Assembly (NCBI GenBank): GCA_963755125.1
Contig: CAVWIP010000014.1
Location: 96,001-160,000, forward strand
From: an uncultured delta proteobacterium
GTDB taxonomy: Bacteria; Myxococcota_A; Polyangia; Fen-1088
Length of the DNA: 64,000 bases
Direction of reading: 5' to 3'
The notes beneath the pieces are model-generated. The model did no database searches. It saw only the letters and a list, made by a program, of their open reading frames with translations, and was not told the origin of the DNA. Of this stretch, positions 31,190-40,645 are shown piece by piece; position 1 is the stretch's first letter, and every line of letters begins with the position of its first letter. The translations under genes and the position numbers were made by a program.

Positions 31190-32517
31190 CTGACCGTTGA
31201 TCTTTGGCGAAAAGTGCGGCATTGGTGCGGGAACTCCGCGAAATGCCTGTGGATAACGTCATTTGGACGCCTCCAGGAGACGCAGAGGACGCATGGTGGG
31301 TGGTTCGAGAATCAGGGGCACGGAGAGGCGGTCGAAGCGCGCGGAGAATGTGCCGAGCGCCAAGGCTCTGATGCCGATGGTGACGAAGGACTGACGAGGC
31401 CCTTTGCGTTTGCAGCGCAGGCGCAAAGAGGGATCGATCAGCGCGGCGGTGATGCCCACCAGAGTCCAGATCAAGAGGGCTACGGCCAGAAGGCTAACGA
31501 AGCGGGCCAGGGCCACTGGGTCGCGGAACTGGGTCCAAAAGAGCTTGGCGCCGAAACGTCGGCCTTTCGTGTCTCGGAATTGCTCCTCGACGGTCATGCG
31601 GCGGTCATAGAGCGCCAGCACCTGCTTGGCGGAACCGGGTTCGCTGGTGGCGACCCACCACGGTTCATGAGCACCAGGAGCCCAGTATCCGATGATGCGA
31701 ACCGAGACAACACCGTCGGCACGCAGCGGAACCACGCCGAGATCGAGCACCTGCCCTGGTTGCAGGAGAATGGCCTCCAATGGTCGACGTACACCAGGCT
31801 CAAGCTCGACGTAGACATCGGCCATCAAACGGACGACGAAGCCCAAGCGCAGCGTCTGCAACAACGCCAGCCAACTCGCGCGACGAAATCCGCGGTCGCA
31901 CAGAATCGTCGCGGTGACACCCGCCCGACGGGTGACGTCGGCCAGGAAGCGCAGGAAGGTATTCTCCCGGGTATTCTGCGAGCGATCTCGGATCAACTTG
32001 CGCCAACCTTGAACGAAGACGGGGATGGCCCGCTTGCCGGTGACCATGGCAGCGACCAGGAGGCGCAAGTCATGGTGCCATTCGGTCCAGTCCACAGCGA
32101 GCAGGACATGCCGATCCGGGCGACGGGCGAGCAAATCCAGCGACCGCGTGGCGAATTCAAGATAGTCGACGTGCTCATTGCGCAGCAGCCGGTAGAAGCG
32201 ATTGACCGCACTGTCCAGCCTGGTCCGCAGCCAGCCGGCCAGAGTCGTGGCGATGGCGAACGAGCGAGCCTGACCAGTGGCGGCGATGGCGGCGATGATC
32301 AGACCCAGCGTTCTGCGGCGCGCCTTATGAAAAGGGTCGAGCAAGTCGCTGAGAAATGGGTAGGTTCGTTCTGGGCTCACGGGGAAACCTCCTGCGTTTA
32401 GTTGGCAAAAACCAAACTTCGGAGGACCCGTGGGCCCTTTTCCACTTATTTTTCACGCTATTTCGTAAGTGATCGAAATGATCCAGCTTTTTCGGGCTCG
32501 ATCTGATAGGCGGTCAG
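31190..32517 (-). mobile_element. IS4-family insertion sequence (IS10/IS50-like ends), 1328 bp, 9-bp target-site duplication
   Basis: Ends CTGACCG...CGGTCAG are inverted; direct repeat cgcggcccg at 31181-31189 and 32518-32526; one transposase gene inside. Confidence 0.9.
31259..32380 (-). CDS. IS4-family DDE transposase
   Basis: AVDWT, CDRGF and YDRRMTVEEQFRDTK (Y-2-R-3-E-6-K signature); GGAGG RBS upstream of GTG. Confidence 0.92.
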   Translation of the reverse strand: MSPERTYPFLSDLLDPFHKARRRTLGLIIAAIAATGQARSFAIATTLAGWLRTRLDSAVNRFYRLLRNEHVDYLEFATRSLDLLARRPDRHVLLAVDWTEWHHDLRLLVAAMVTGKRAIPVFVQGWRKLIRDRSQNTRENTFLRFLADVTRRAGVTATILCDRGFRRASWLALLQTLRLGFVVRLMADVYVELEPGVRRPLEAILLQPGQVLDLGVVPLRADGVVSVRIIGYWAPGAHEPWWVATSEPGSAKQVLALYDRRMTVEEQFRDTKGRRFGAKLFWTQFRDPVALARFVSLLAVALLIWTLVGITAALIDPSLRLRCKRKGPRQSFVTIGIRALALGTFSARFDRLSVPLILEPPTMRPLRLLEASK

Positions 32518-32564
32518 CGCGGCCCGGGGTTGACGAGGAGCGCTCAGCCTGGGAAATTCGCGCA

Positions 32565-32807
32565 ATGGCTGATCGTCAGAGTCTTCGGGAGATGCTGAGT
32601 CACCGGGTTACCTTCGCCTACGACACCGGAGCCCAGGTGGTGGGCACGGTTACGGCCTGCGCGCCCGCCACGGGGCCGGTCGAGTATGTGGTGCTGGCCA
32701 AAGTGGAGGTGAAAGGCGGGGACGGCCAGGTGCGGGCGCGTTTCGTCGAGTTGCCGCTCGTGCCCAACAACCTGGTGGGCATCACCGTGACTGAAGGGCC
32801 GCTCTGA
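32565..32807 (+). CDS. Small hypothetical protein, possible Sm/LSm-like fold
   Basis: 80-aa ORF from ATG 32565 (the ORF-track start lies inside the IS); helix plus five beta-strand pattern. Confidence 0.65.
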   Translation: MADRQSLREMLSHRVTFAYDTGAQVVGTVTACAPATGPVEYVVLAKVEVKGGDGQVRARFVELPLVPNNLVGITVTEGPL

Positions 32808-32814
32808 TCTCCCG

Positions 32815-33117
32815 ATGAGCGACGGCACGCCAGCGAAGCCCCGCCGCTTACGCGCCGTGGTGCTCGGGTCGGTCCAGGGCGTCGGCTTTCGTGCTACGAC
32901 GCTCGACCAAGCCCGGCGTCTGGGCCTCGCGGGCTGGGTGCGCAACCGCGCGGACGGCACCGTCGAGGTACTGGCCGAGGGCGCCGAGCCGAAGCTGAAC
33001 CTGTTTCTCGCCTACCTGCGCCGCGGACCGCTCGGGGCCCATGTGGCCGGCGTGGTCGAGGACTGGTCAGACGAGCAGGGCGCGCCGATCCCGTTCCAGG
33101 TCAAGCGCACGGAGTAG
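32815..33117 (+). CDS. acyP: Acylphosphatase
   Basis: GSVQGVGFR and GWVRNRADGTVE signatures. Confidence 0.93.
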   Translation: MSDGTPAKPRRLRAVVLGSVQGVGFRATTLDQARRLGLAGWVRNRADGTVEVLAEGAEPKLNLFLAYLRRGPLGAHVAGVVEDWSDEQGAPIPFQVKRTE

Positions 33118-33309
33118 CTACAGCCAGGCCACTTCGAGGGGTTTGCGCGGCGGAATGGCCACGTATTCGTGTTTCGCGTATCCCAGCATGGTGGCTGTAT
33201 CATTTCGTACGCCAGGGAAGACGGCACCTTCATCCACAGCCGGGGCAACGACGCAGGCTTTGCGCGCAAGCTTCCCGGATCGGGTCTGGACGGGAGCGAT
33301 CGGTCGTAG

Positions 33310-35397
33310 CTATTGCGGGGCAGTCTCGCTGGGCGCGACGCTGCGAACCATGGCCGTGGCCACCAGCTCTGACAGGTTCTTCACCTGCACGCGCTCGCCC
33401 GCGTCGCGGTCGTCCACTGCGTCCTTGATCATGATGGTGCAGTAGGGGCAGGCGGTGGCCACGGTGGTGGCGCCGGTGGACAGGATCTCGTCGGTGCGGT
33501 CGTGGTTGACCCGAATCCCCGTTTTCTCGTCCATCCACATGCGGCCGCCGCCGGCTCCGCAACAGAAGGCGTGCTCGCGGGTGCGCCCTAGCTCCAGGCG
33601 CTCGCCGCCCAACCGATCCAGAACCGCACGCGGCGCCTCGTACTCGCCATTCCAGCGCCCGAGGTAGCAAGGATCGTGGAAGGTGAGCTTGCCGTCCCCG
33701 TTCGCACTGCGCTCGATCGCAAGCTGGCCCTGCTCGATCAGCTCGGCAATCAGTTGCGAATGGTGGCGGACTTCATAGGTACCGCCCATCTGCGGGTACT
33801 CGTTCTTGAGCACGTGCAGACAGTGCGGGCACGCGGTGACGATCTTCTTCACCTGCTTGGCGTTCATCGTCTCCACATTTTGCTGTGCTTCCATCTGGTA
33901 CAGCATCTCGTTGCCCGCCCGGCGCGCGGAATCGCCGCAGCAGCCTTCTTCCATGCCCAGCACGGCGAAGCTGACGCCAGCCTGGCGCAGGATATCCACT
34001 AGGGCCAGGGTCTGCTTCTTCAGTCGGTCGTCGTAGGCGCCCGCGCAGCCAACCCAAAGCAGCCATTCGGCGTCCGGTTTGTCGTCGAGCGTGGGCACGT
34101 CGTGGCCTTCGGCCCAGTCCATGCGGCGGTCCGCGCCCAGGCCCCAGGGGTTGCTGTTCTGCTCCAGGTTCTTGAAGGTGCGCACCAGATCGCCGGGCAC
34201 CTTTTCTTGCAACAGCACCAGATTGCGCCGCATCTCCAGGATCTTGCCCGGGTGATCGATGAACACGGGGCACACCTCCTGGCAGGCGCCGCAGGTGGTG
34301 CACGACCACAGCACCTCCTCGCTGGTGCGGCCGCCGATGAGATCGCGCGGCTGACGCGCCTCCTCTGCGGCGGCCTTGCCGTGCTGGAAGCGTTCGATGA
34401 TGTCGTCGAGCGGCCCGCGATCCGGAAGGCGTGACTTCATGTCGTCACGCAGATCGTGCACCACCTGCATGGGCGAAAGCGGCTTGCCGGTGCGGTTGGC
34501 GGGACAGTAGTTCGAGCAGCGCGCGCACTCGGTGCAGGCAAATCCGTCGAGCAGTGACTTCCAGGTGAAGTCCTTCCATTCGGACACCACACCGGTTTGC
34601 GCCATGTCGTCGGCTTCCAGGTTGAGCTTGGACAGAACGCCACGCTGGCCGAGCTGGCGGAAGTAGATGTTGGGCAGGGCCGCGAGGATGTGGCTGTGTT
34701 TGGAGTAGGCGAGGTAGTTGAGGAACTTCAGCAACACCACCACGTGGATCCACCAGTTGACTTCCGAGAGCAGGCCCGCGGTATCCGGCGAGACATGGCC
34801 AAGCCAGGCACCAGCCAGCGCATCAGAAAGGAAGAAACCGGGCTCGGCCGCGCCGGCCGCAGCGCGAAAGCCGTGCATTCCGAAGTGGGTGACCATGAGG
34901 AGCGCAATGGCGGAGAGAATCGCGGCGGCGTCGCGGCTCATGGGGATGAGGCGGGGCTTGAGGAAGAGGCGGCGGAAGAACGCAAAACCGATGACCGCGA
35001 GTACAATCAGGTTCATGCTGTCCACAGCGGCGTCGAGCACTTCTGCAACGGTTTCGCCCAGCAGGAGCGACCAGGAGAACGAGGGCCACAGCCCCTGCGT
35101 AAAGGTTTCCAGTGTGCCCAGACAGATGACAAGGAAGCCCCAGAAAATGACGAAGTGGTGCCGGCTGCCCACCAGATTGGAAAAGCGCGGCCAGCGGCTG
35201 GCCGGGATGTCCACCGTCTCTATGACCTTGCGCTGGCCGAAGAAGAAGGAAAGCAATGAATCTACGCGCGCCTCGACGCGGTCGGTGCGCTTCTCGGGGC
35301 GGCCGGCCAGGAGCATCTTGATGAAGCGCCTGAGCGTCCAGGCGAACATCGCCAGGGACGCGGTCAGAAGGACTGCGAAAACGATCTGCTTCAGCAT
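33310..35397 (-). CDS. Membrane Fe-S oxidoreductase, HdrD/FadF-like (TM domain, 2x[4Fe-4S], two CCG domains)
   Basis: N-terminal TM helices with His residues; CTECARCSNYCP and CTTCGACQEVCP; GC...CCG...CPHC and HDPC...CCGAGGG...CPYC. Confidence 0.88.
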   Translation of the reverse strand: MLKQIVFAVLLTASLAMFAWTLRRFIKMLLAGRPEKRTDRVEARVDSLLSFFFGQRKVIETVDIPASRWPRFSNLVGSRHHFVIFWGFLVICLGTLETFTQGLWPSFSWSLLLGETVAEVLDAAVDSMNLIVLAVIGFAFFRRLFLKPRLIPMSRDAAAILSAIALLMVTHFGMHGFRAAAGAAEPGFFLSDALAGAWLGHVSPDTAGLLSEVNWWIHVVVLLKFLNYLAYSKHSHILAALPNIYFRQLGQRGVLSKLNLEADDMAQTGVVSEWKDFTWKSLLDGFACTECARCSNYCPANRTGKPLSPMQVVHDLRDDMKSRLPDRGPLDDIIERFQHGKAAAEEARQPRDLIGGRTSEEVLWSCTTCGACQEVCPVFIDHPGKILEMRRNLVLLQEKVPGDLVRTFKNLEQNSNPWGLGADRRMDWAEGHDVPTLDDKPDAEWLLWVGCAGAYDDRLKKQTLALVDILRQAGVSFAVLGMEEGCCGDSARRAGNEMLYQMEAQQNVETMNAKQVKKIVTACPHCLHVLKNEYPQMGGTYEVRHHSQLIAELIEQGQLAIERSANGDGKLTFHDPCYLGRWNGEYEAPRAVLDRLGGERLELGRTREHAFCCGAGGGRMWMDEKTGIRVNHDRTDEILSTGATTVATACPYCTIMIKDAVDDRDAGERVQVKNLSELVATAMVRSVAPSETAPQ

Positions 35398-35462
35398 GGC
35401 TGGTTCCTATCATGGTCCGCGCCGGTTAGAAAACCAGGGCACGTCGTTGTATAAACCGGGCC

Positions 35463-35636
35463 ATGCCGATGAACCGCGAGCTGATCGACATCCTGGCCTG
35501 CCCCAAGTGCAAGGGGTCGCTGGAACTGCGCCCTGACGAAAGCGCCTTCGTGTGCCGCGCCTGCCACCTGGTCTACGCCGTGGTCAACGAGATCCCAAAT
35601 TTCATCGTCGAAGAAGCGCAGCCGCTCGAAGGGTAG
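35463..35636 (+). CDS. Trm112/YcaR (UPF0434) family protein, 57 aa, absent from the ORF track
   Basis: Manual translation MPMNRELIDILACPKCKGSLELRPDESAFVCRACHLVYAVVNEIPNFIVEEAQPLEG*. Confidence 0.9.
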   Translation: MPMNRELIDILACPKCKGSLELRPDESAFVCRACHLVYAVVNEIPNFIVEEAQPLEG

Positions 35637-35639
35637 GGG

Positions 35640-36932
35640 ATGTTCCGCGATCCCGGCATCGAGACGCTGGGCCGCGCTGACCTGGAGCGGCTGCAGCTTG
35701 GCCGCCTGCAGGCGCTGGTGGCGCGGCTGCACGAAGGGGTGCCATTGTACCGGGAGCGCTTCGTCGGGGCCGGGATCGCGGCCGAGAGCATCAAGTCGCT
35801 GGCCGACGTGCGCCGGCTGCCTTTCACCACCAGTGGCGACCTGCGCGAAACTTATCCATCGGGGCTGCTGGCGATGCCGATGGACCAGACCCTGCGCCTG
35901 CACACGTCCAGCGGCACGACCGGCCGTCCCAAGGCCCTCTTCTTTTCGCCGCGGGATGTGGACAACGCGGCCGAGTTGTGCGCCCGCAGCTTTGTGGCGA
36001 CCGGCGTGACGGCGCGGGATGTGTTCCAGAACATGATGACCTACGGCCTTTTCACCGGGGCGCTGGTGGCTCACTACGGCGCCGAAAAGGTCGGCTGCCT
36101 GGTCATCCCGGCCGGGCCGGGCAATTCCGAGAAGCAGCTTGCCCTCATGCAGGACTTCGGCACCACGACCGTACACCTGACGCCCAGCTTCGCGCTGTAT
36201 TTCGCGGATTTTCTCGACGGGAAAGGCCCGGAGGCACGCCAGCCGCTCAAGTTGCGTCGGGCCTTCGTGGGCGCCGAGCCGTACAGCATCGAGACGCGCG
36301 ACAAGATCGAGCAGGCCCTGGGCGTCGAGGTCTTCAACTCGTATGGGCTGTCAGAGATGAACGGCCCGGGCGTGGCATTCGAGTGCGCCGAGCGGGCCGG
36401 AATGCACCTGTGGGAAGACCACTTCATCCTCGAGATCATCGACCCCAAGACCGAGGAGCCGACGCCCGACGGCGAGCCGGGCGAGCTGGTGCTGACCACC
36501 CTGTGCCGCGAGGCCATGCCACTTCTGCGCTATCGAACGCGCGACATCACGTCGATCGTTCCCGGTCCTTGCGCATGTGGCCGCACTCACCGCCGATTGG
36601 CTCGAATCACCGGCCGAGCCGACGACATGCTGATCGTACGCGGGGTCAACGTGTACCCGCAGCAGATCGAGCATGTGCTCATGGCCATCCCGCAGGTCGG
36701 ACGCAATTACCTCATCGTGCTCGAGGGCCGCGACGACATGACGGTGCAGGCCGAACTGGCTCACACTGAATCGGAAATGAATGAGGAGCAGCGGGTCGCG
36801 CTGGAAGGTGAGATCGCGGCGCGCCTCCGTTCCGAGATTCTGACCAAGCCCAAGGTCAAGCTGCTGCCGCCAGCCAGCCTGCCGGTCAGCGAAGGCAAAG
36901 CCACGCGCGTGATCGACAGGCGGATACTTTGA
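35640..36932 (+). CDS. paaK: Phenylacetate-CoA ligase family protein
   Basis: HTSSGTTGRP, YGLFTG, GAEP, YGLSEMNGPGVA, PLLRYRTRD, GRADDMLIVRGVNVYP. Confidence 0.88.
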   Translation: MFRDPGIETLGRADLERLQLGRLQALVARLHEGVPLYRERFVGAGIAAESIKSLADVRRLPFTTSGDLRETYPSGLLAMPMDQTLRLHTSSGTTGRPKALFFSPRDVDNAAELCARSFVATGVTARDVFQNMMTYGLFTGALVAHYGAEKVGCLVIPAGPGNSEKQLALMQDFGTTTVHLTPSFALYFADFLDGKGPEARQPLKLRRAFVGAEPYSIETRDKIEQALGVEVFNSYGLSEMNGPGVAFECAERAGMHLWEDHFILEIIDPKTEEPTPDGEPGELVLTTLCREAMPLLRYRTRDITSIVPGPCACGRTHRRLARITGRADDMLIVRGVNVYPQQIEHVLMAIPQVGRNYLIVLEGRDDMTVQAELAHTESEMNEEQRVALEGEIAARLRSEILTKPKVKLLPPASLPVSEGKATRVIDRRIL

Positions 36933-36944
36933 GATGGGAACCCT

Positions 36945-37024
36945 GGGAGGGTTCGCTCCGCCCTTCGGCCCCCCCACGTCCACCCCCACCCCGCTCGCTG
37001 CGCTCGGCCTCGCCAAACCCTCCC
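36945..37024. repeat. Small inverted-repeat (REP-like or terminator-like) element between convergent genes
   Basis: gggagggtt (36945-36953) and aaccctccc (37016-37024) enclose ccgctcgctgcgctcgg. Confidence 0.4.
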
Positions 37025-37158
37025 GCGCTCTGGCTCCAGGACTGGCATCTGCGGCAGCAGCCGCCAGTCCGTGGGCAAAGCCCGCCTTCGCCAACGCGGT
37101 CATGATTGTGTCGCCTACCGTCTCAGGCACGGAGCTAGTCGCTGGTGCTCTCTGGCGC

Positions 37159-38274
37159 CTAGTGAGTCAGGGGCTTGCCGTCGGCGGTACAGTTGGTGCA
37201 GGCGATAGTCGGTGACCCGTCGTTCATGTAGATCGGGACCGCGCCCTCCGCCGTGTCATTGTTGTCGATGGCCACGTGATCCAGAGTCAACGTACCTGCC
37301 GGCAAGGCCTTGTCGACGACGATGGCTCCGTCGTAGTTGCCCCCTGCGTAGTCTATCGTGGTGTAGGTCACTTGCGATCCACTCGCCGTACCTGAGTAGA
37401 ACACCAAGCCATACCAACCTCCAGGCAAGTGTAGGCTGGGTTGAGTGGTCAGCGTAACCGGGTTCTGCGCCGTGCCGTTTATCAGGACTTTGCCCGTGCC
37501 GGACTGACCGACAGATATCGTCGTGTTGTCACTGAATTCCAGCGTGGCGCCCGCCTCGATGGTGAGCACGCCGCCGTCGTGGACGTCAATCTCGTCGACC
37601 ATGTAAGGGCTGCAGGCCTTGGTCAGGGTGAGGCCGCTAGGATAGTTGGCGGCTGTGACATCGATGGTGTCGAGGGTGCAACTCGCGGTCCCGCCGTCTG
37701 TGGCCGAGCCGCCGCTGCTTGTGGTGGTTCCGCCTTTGCCACCAGAGCCGCCGTTGCTGGTCGTTCCGCCTTTGCCACCCGAACCGCCACCGCTGGTCGC
37801 ACCGCCTCTGCTGCTTGAACCGCTGCTGGCTGTTGCTCCACCGAAGCTGCTTGAACCGCCGCTGGGGTTGGTTCCGCCGCTGGCGGTGGTTCCGCCATTG
37901 CTAGATGAGCTGCTGCTGGCGGTGGTTCCGCCATTGCTGGATGAGCTGCTGTTGGCGGTGGTTCCGCCATTGCTGGATGAACTGCTGCTGGCGGTGGTTC
38001 CGCCATTGCTGGATGAACTGCTGCTGGCGGTGGTTCCGCCATTGCTGGATGAACTGCTGCTGGCGGCGGTGGTTCCGCCATTGCTGGATGAACTGCTGTT
38101 GGCGGTGGTTCCACCGATGCTGCTCGAGCCGCCGCTAGGGTTCGCTCCGCCGCTGGTGGTCGTGGCGCCATTGCTGGTGGTGCCACCTGCAGTACCGGTG
38201 TTCGGGCTGCTGTTGCTGCTACAGCCCAGGAGAAGTAGTGGTGCTGCCACCAAAGCCAGAATCAAGAATCGCAT
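37159..38274 (-). CDS. Lipoprotein with Ser/Gly linker and C-terminal beta-helix-like domain
   Basis: MRFLILALVAAPLLLLGC lipobox; LTIEAGATLEF...LINGTAQNPVTLT...GGWYGLVF pattern seen in beta-helix surface proteins. Confidence 0.8.
   Translation of the reverse strand: MRFLILALVAAPLLLLGCSSNSSPNTGTAGGTTSNGATTTSGGANPSGGSSSIGGTTANSSSSSNGGTTAASSSSSSNGGTTASSSSSSNGGTTASSSSSSNGGTTANSSSSSNGGTTASSSSSSNGGTTASGGTNPSGGSSSFGGATASSGSSSRGGATSGGGSGGKGGTTSNGGSGGKGGTTTSSGGSATDGGTASCTLDTIDVTAANYPSGLTLTKACSPYMVDEIDVHDGGVLTIEAGATLEFSDNTTISVGQSGTGKVLINGTAQNPVTLTTQPSLHLPGGWYGLVFYSGTASGSQVTYTTIDYAGGNYDGAIVVDKALPAGTLTLDHVAIDNNDTAEGAVPIYMNDGSPTIACTNCTADGKPLTH
37883..38112 (-). repeat. 36-bp tandem repeat, about 6 copies, encoding SSSSSSNGGTTA
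   Basis: Unit gcggtggttccgccattgctggatgaactgctgctg repeated with period 36 (one copy has an extra codon). Confidence 0.9.
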
Positions 38275-38472
38275 AGTGCAGGTAATCATCAAAAAGTGCC
38301 CTTTCTGTCGACACGACATGCCGCGCGCTTGCCAAGAAAATCGCATTCTACACGGTTGAGAGTCGCTAGCCCAACTCCCACCTTGCGGTTCCCGACGGAG
38401 ATACGCACCCGGCGCAACCGCGCACGTCAAACGAATGTCTCCGCACGCAACTGCGTCCGGAGCAGCAGCGAA

Positions 38473-40206
38473 TCACTGCCTCAAGTACGGGGCCAGTCCA
38501 ATATTCTGAGTCTTTATGGCGTTGGCGACGAGACCAGCCAACTTCGCTGCGCCCGCGAGGTTGGTGTGTGTCGCGTCGGTTCCATTCGCGTGGTATGCCT
38601 GCAGCGCTTGGGTCTGGGTCATGCCAAGACCGTCGTACCAGGCAGTAGAGAGGGCGGTCAGATCGATGAAGGGTACGTTGTTGGCCGTTGCGACCGCCTG
38701 GGCCGCGGCAGCATGAAGGCTGGACTGATCGGGTATTGGAATACCCTGCAGGCGAGCGGGCGGAGAAACCATAATCGGGTGGACGCCTGCGGCCAGTGCG
38801 GCGGTCACATGCGGTGTGAGGTTCGCCTCGACAGTTGCGTCCGTATCTGTCTTGTCGTTGTGTCCAAATTGAATCATGATCCAGTCGCCCGCGACCCAGC
38901 GCGACGAGATGTCGCCCCAGAAGCCGAAATCGCCGGAGGCTGCGCCGCTATTGGCATAGTTGGCAATCCCGACCGGAGGAGCGAAATACTCGGGCAGCAT
39001 TTGCCCCCAACCCCCGAAGGCGCCGCCGGTCTGGTCGCAGGCCGTGGAGTCGCTGGCGATGTAGACCATGATTGGCTTCGTCGTTGCGTCGGCTAGGGCG
39101 TATCCGATGGCAGAAACCTGCGGATTCGCGCCGGAGAAGAATAAATCCAGGCCCGGATATCCCCCCGGCCCGCCGGCATGCTGTGGCTGCCCTTCCATCG
39201 CTCGCACATTGACCACGAACGCGTACTCCAGCGACTGGCCTGGGGTGGTGGTCACGGACGCCAAGAGGCCTCGGCTCGATTCCGCACTGACATACGTGTC
39301 ACCAGCTGCGGCCCCGCCGAGCGTCACGGTCACGACGTAGTTCCCCGCCTCGCTCGTGGCGGTTGCCGTAGGAGTGGTTTCAGATGTGTTGTAATCGGTA
39401 CCGCCGAAGAGGCATTCGATGCAGACATTCCCCGCTGGCTGGCCAGCGCAAGCATTATTGGTGCCTATCGCTACCGTCTGGCACTGGGCGTAGTTAGCCG
39501 CCGTGGGCGCCGGATAGCCAGTCGGGATTCCGGTCGTTGGGGGAGGAGCCCCTCCGGCACTGCCTCCGGCCGCACCCCCGGTGCTTCCACCCGGCGCGCT
39601 TCCGCCCGTCGCTCCGCTCCCTCCGGCCCCGCCTCTGCCTCCTGCCGAGCCAGATGCGCCACCTCTCCCGCCCGCGGCGCCTCCGGACGAGGTGCTCCCA
39701 CCGATTGCGGACGCGCCGCCCGCGACAGTCGATCCACCCGAGGCTGTTGCGCCGCCGCCCCTGGATGCCCCACCCGAGGCTGTTGCGCCGCCGGGTTGAG
39801 AAGCGCCGCCCGAAGCGGTCGATCCGCCCGAGGCCGTTGCGCCGCCGGGTTGAGAAGCGCCGCCCGAAGCGGTCGATCCGCCCGAGGCTGTTGCGCCGCC
39901 AGGTTGAGAAGCGCCGCCCGTGACTGTCGTCCCTCCGGGTGATGAGACACCACCAGTGGCCGTTTCGCCTCCCGGTGTCGAAACGCCACCACCCGCCGGC
40001 GCGCTGCTCGCAGTTGTCGACCCTCCGACAGCGGTGGTGCTGCCCGCACTCGTCGACCCTCCGGTACTCGCTGCCGACCCTCCGGAACCGCCCTGCTTGA
40101 CTCCGGAGTCGCCGGCGGAGTTACCTCCTGAACAGGCCATCAGACCGGCAAGCATGAACAATGGGAGCAGTGAACGAGGTCGCGTGGTGGTCATGATTAT
40201 CCTCAA
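38473..40206 (-). CDS. Lipoprotein with Gly-rich linker and SGNH acetylesterase domain (rhamnogalacturonan acetylesterase/CE12-like)
   Basis: LMAC lipobox; YIASDSTA, GWGQML, NYANSGA, IQFGHND, DATHTNLAGA blocks. Confidence 0.85.
   Translation of the reverse strand: MRIIMTTTRPRSLLPLFMLAGLMACSGGNSAGDSGVKQGGSGGSAASTGGSTSAGSTTAVGGSTTASSAPAGGGVSTPGGETATGGVSSPGGTTVTGGASQPGGATASGGSTASGGASQPGGATASGGSTASGGASQPGGATASGGASRGGGATASGGSTVAGGASAIGGSTSSGGAAGGRGGASGSAGGRGGAGGSGATGGSAPGGSTGGAAGGSAGGAPPPTTGIPTGYPAPTAANYAQCQTVAIGTNNACAGQPAGNVCIECLFGGTDYNTSETTPTATATSEAGNYVVTVTLGGAAAGDTYVSAESSRGLLASVTTTPGQSLEYAFVVNVRAMEGQPQHAGGPGGYPGLDLFFSGANPQVSAIGYALADATTKPIMVYIASDSTACDQTGGAFGGWGQMLPEYFAPPVGIANYANSGAASGDFGFWGDISSRWVAGDWIMIQFGHNDKTDTDATVEANLTPHVTAALAAGVHPIMVSPPARLQGIPIPDQSSLHAAAAQAVATANNVPFIDLTALSTAWYDGLGMTQTQALQAYHANGTDATHTNLAGAAKLAGLVANAIKTQNIGLAPYLRQ
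39773..39920 (-). repeat. 54-bp tandem repeat, about 2.7 copies (GGASQPGGATASGGSTAS)
   Basis: ggttgagaagcgccgccc recurs with period 54. Confidence 0.85.
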
Positions 40207-40608
40207 GCTGTTGCAGACTGCAGTGGGATTTCCCCATACCTGGGGTCAAGGAATCTTGTCTTCAGACGGGAAGTGGCGGTTTCCACATTCCACGGCTCAG
40301 CGTATTTCCCTTTTCCAGGTCATAGTTGTCTTCGAGCCTGCGAGGGAAGGGGGCTAGGAGTCCGCCTTGCGGGTTTAAGTTTCTCTCCTCCGACGCGTGG
40401 AGTTTGTGGCGTTGTGATCGATTGCCGCAAATCGTCGGTTGTCCAGCACGGGCCATAGGCGTTTCCGAGACATGGGCTTGCGTCCAAGCCCAACCAGCGT
40501 GCAGTCGTGTCCGCGAGACGGATGTGAATGTATGCCAAATCACAGATAGAACTTCTGGAGATTAGGCTTGACTTCATGGGCCTTCGCGACCATATGATTG
40601 ATACGGAG

Positions 40609-40643
40609 CTGTGAAACACATAACAGCGTTTGGTAATTCACAA
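40609..40643. promoter_or_regulatory. Tandem Rex-like operators immediately upstream of rex
   Basis: CTGTGAA-acac-ATAACAG (40609-40626) and GCGTTTG-gtaa-TTCACAA (40626-40643) versus consensus TTGTGAA-N4-TTCACAA; TTGACT at 40568 upstream. Confidence 0.6.
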
Positions 40644-40645
40644 CT

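Noticed and set aside
40523..40544. TGTGA...TCACA inverted repeat as a CRP/FNR site
   Set aside because: Spacer is 12 bp rather than 6; might bind another factor but unsupported
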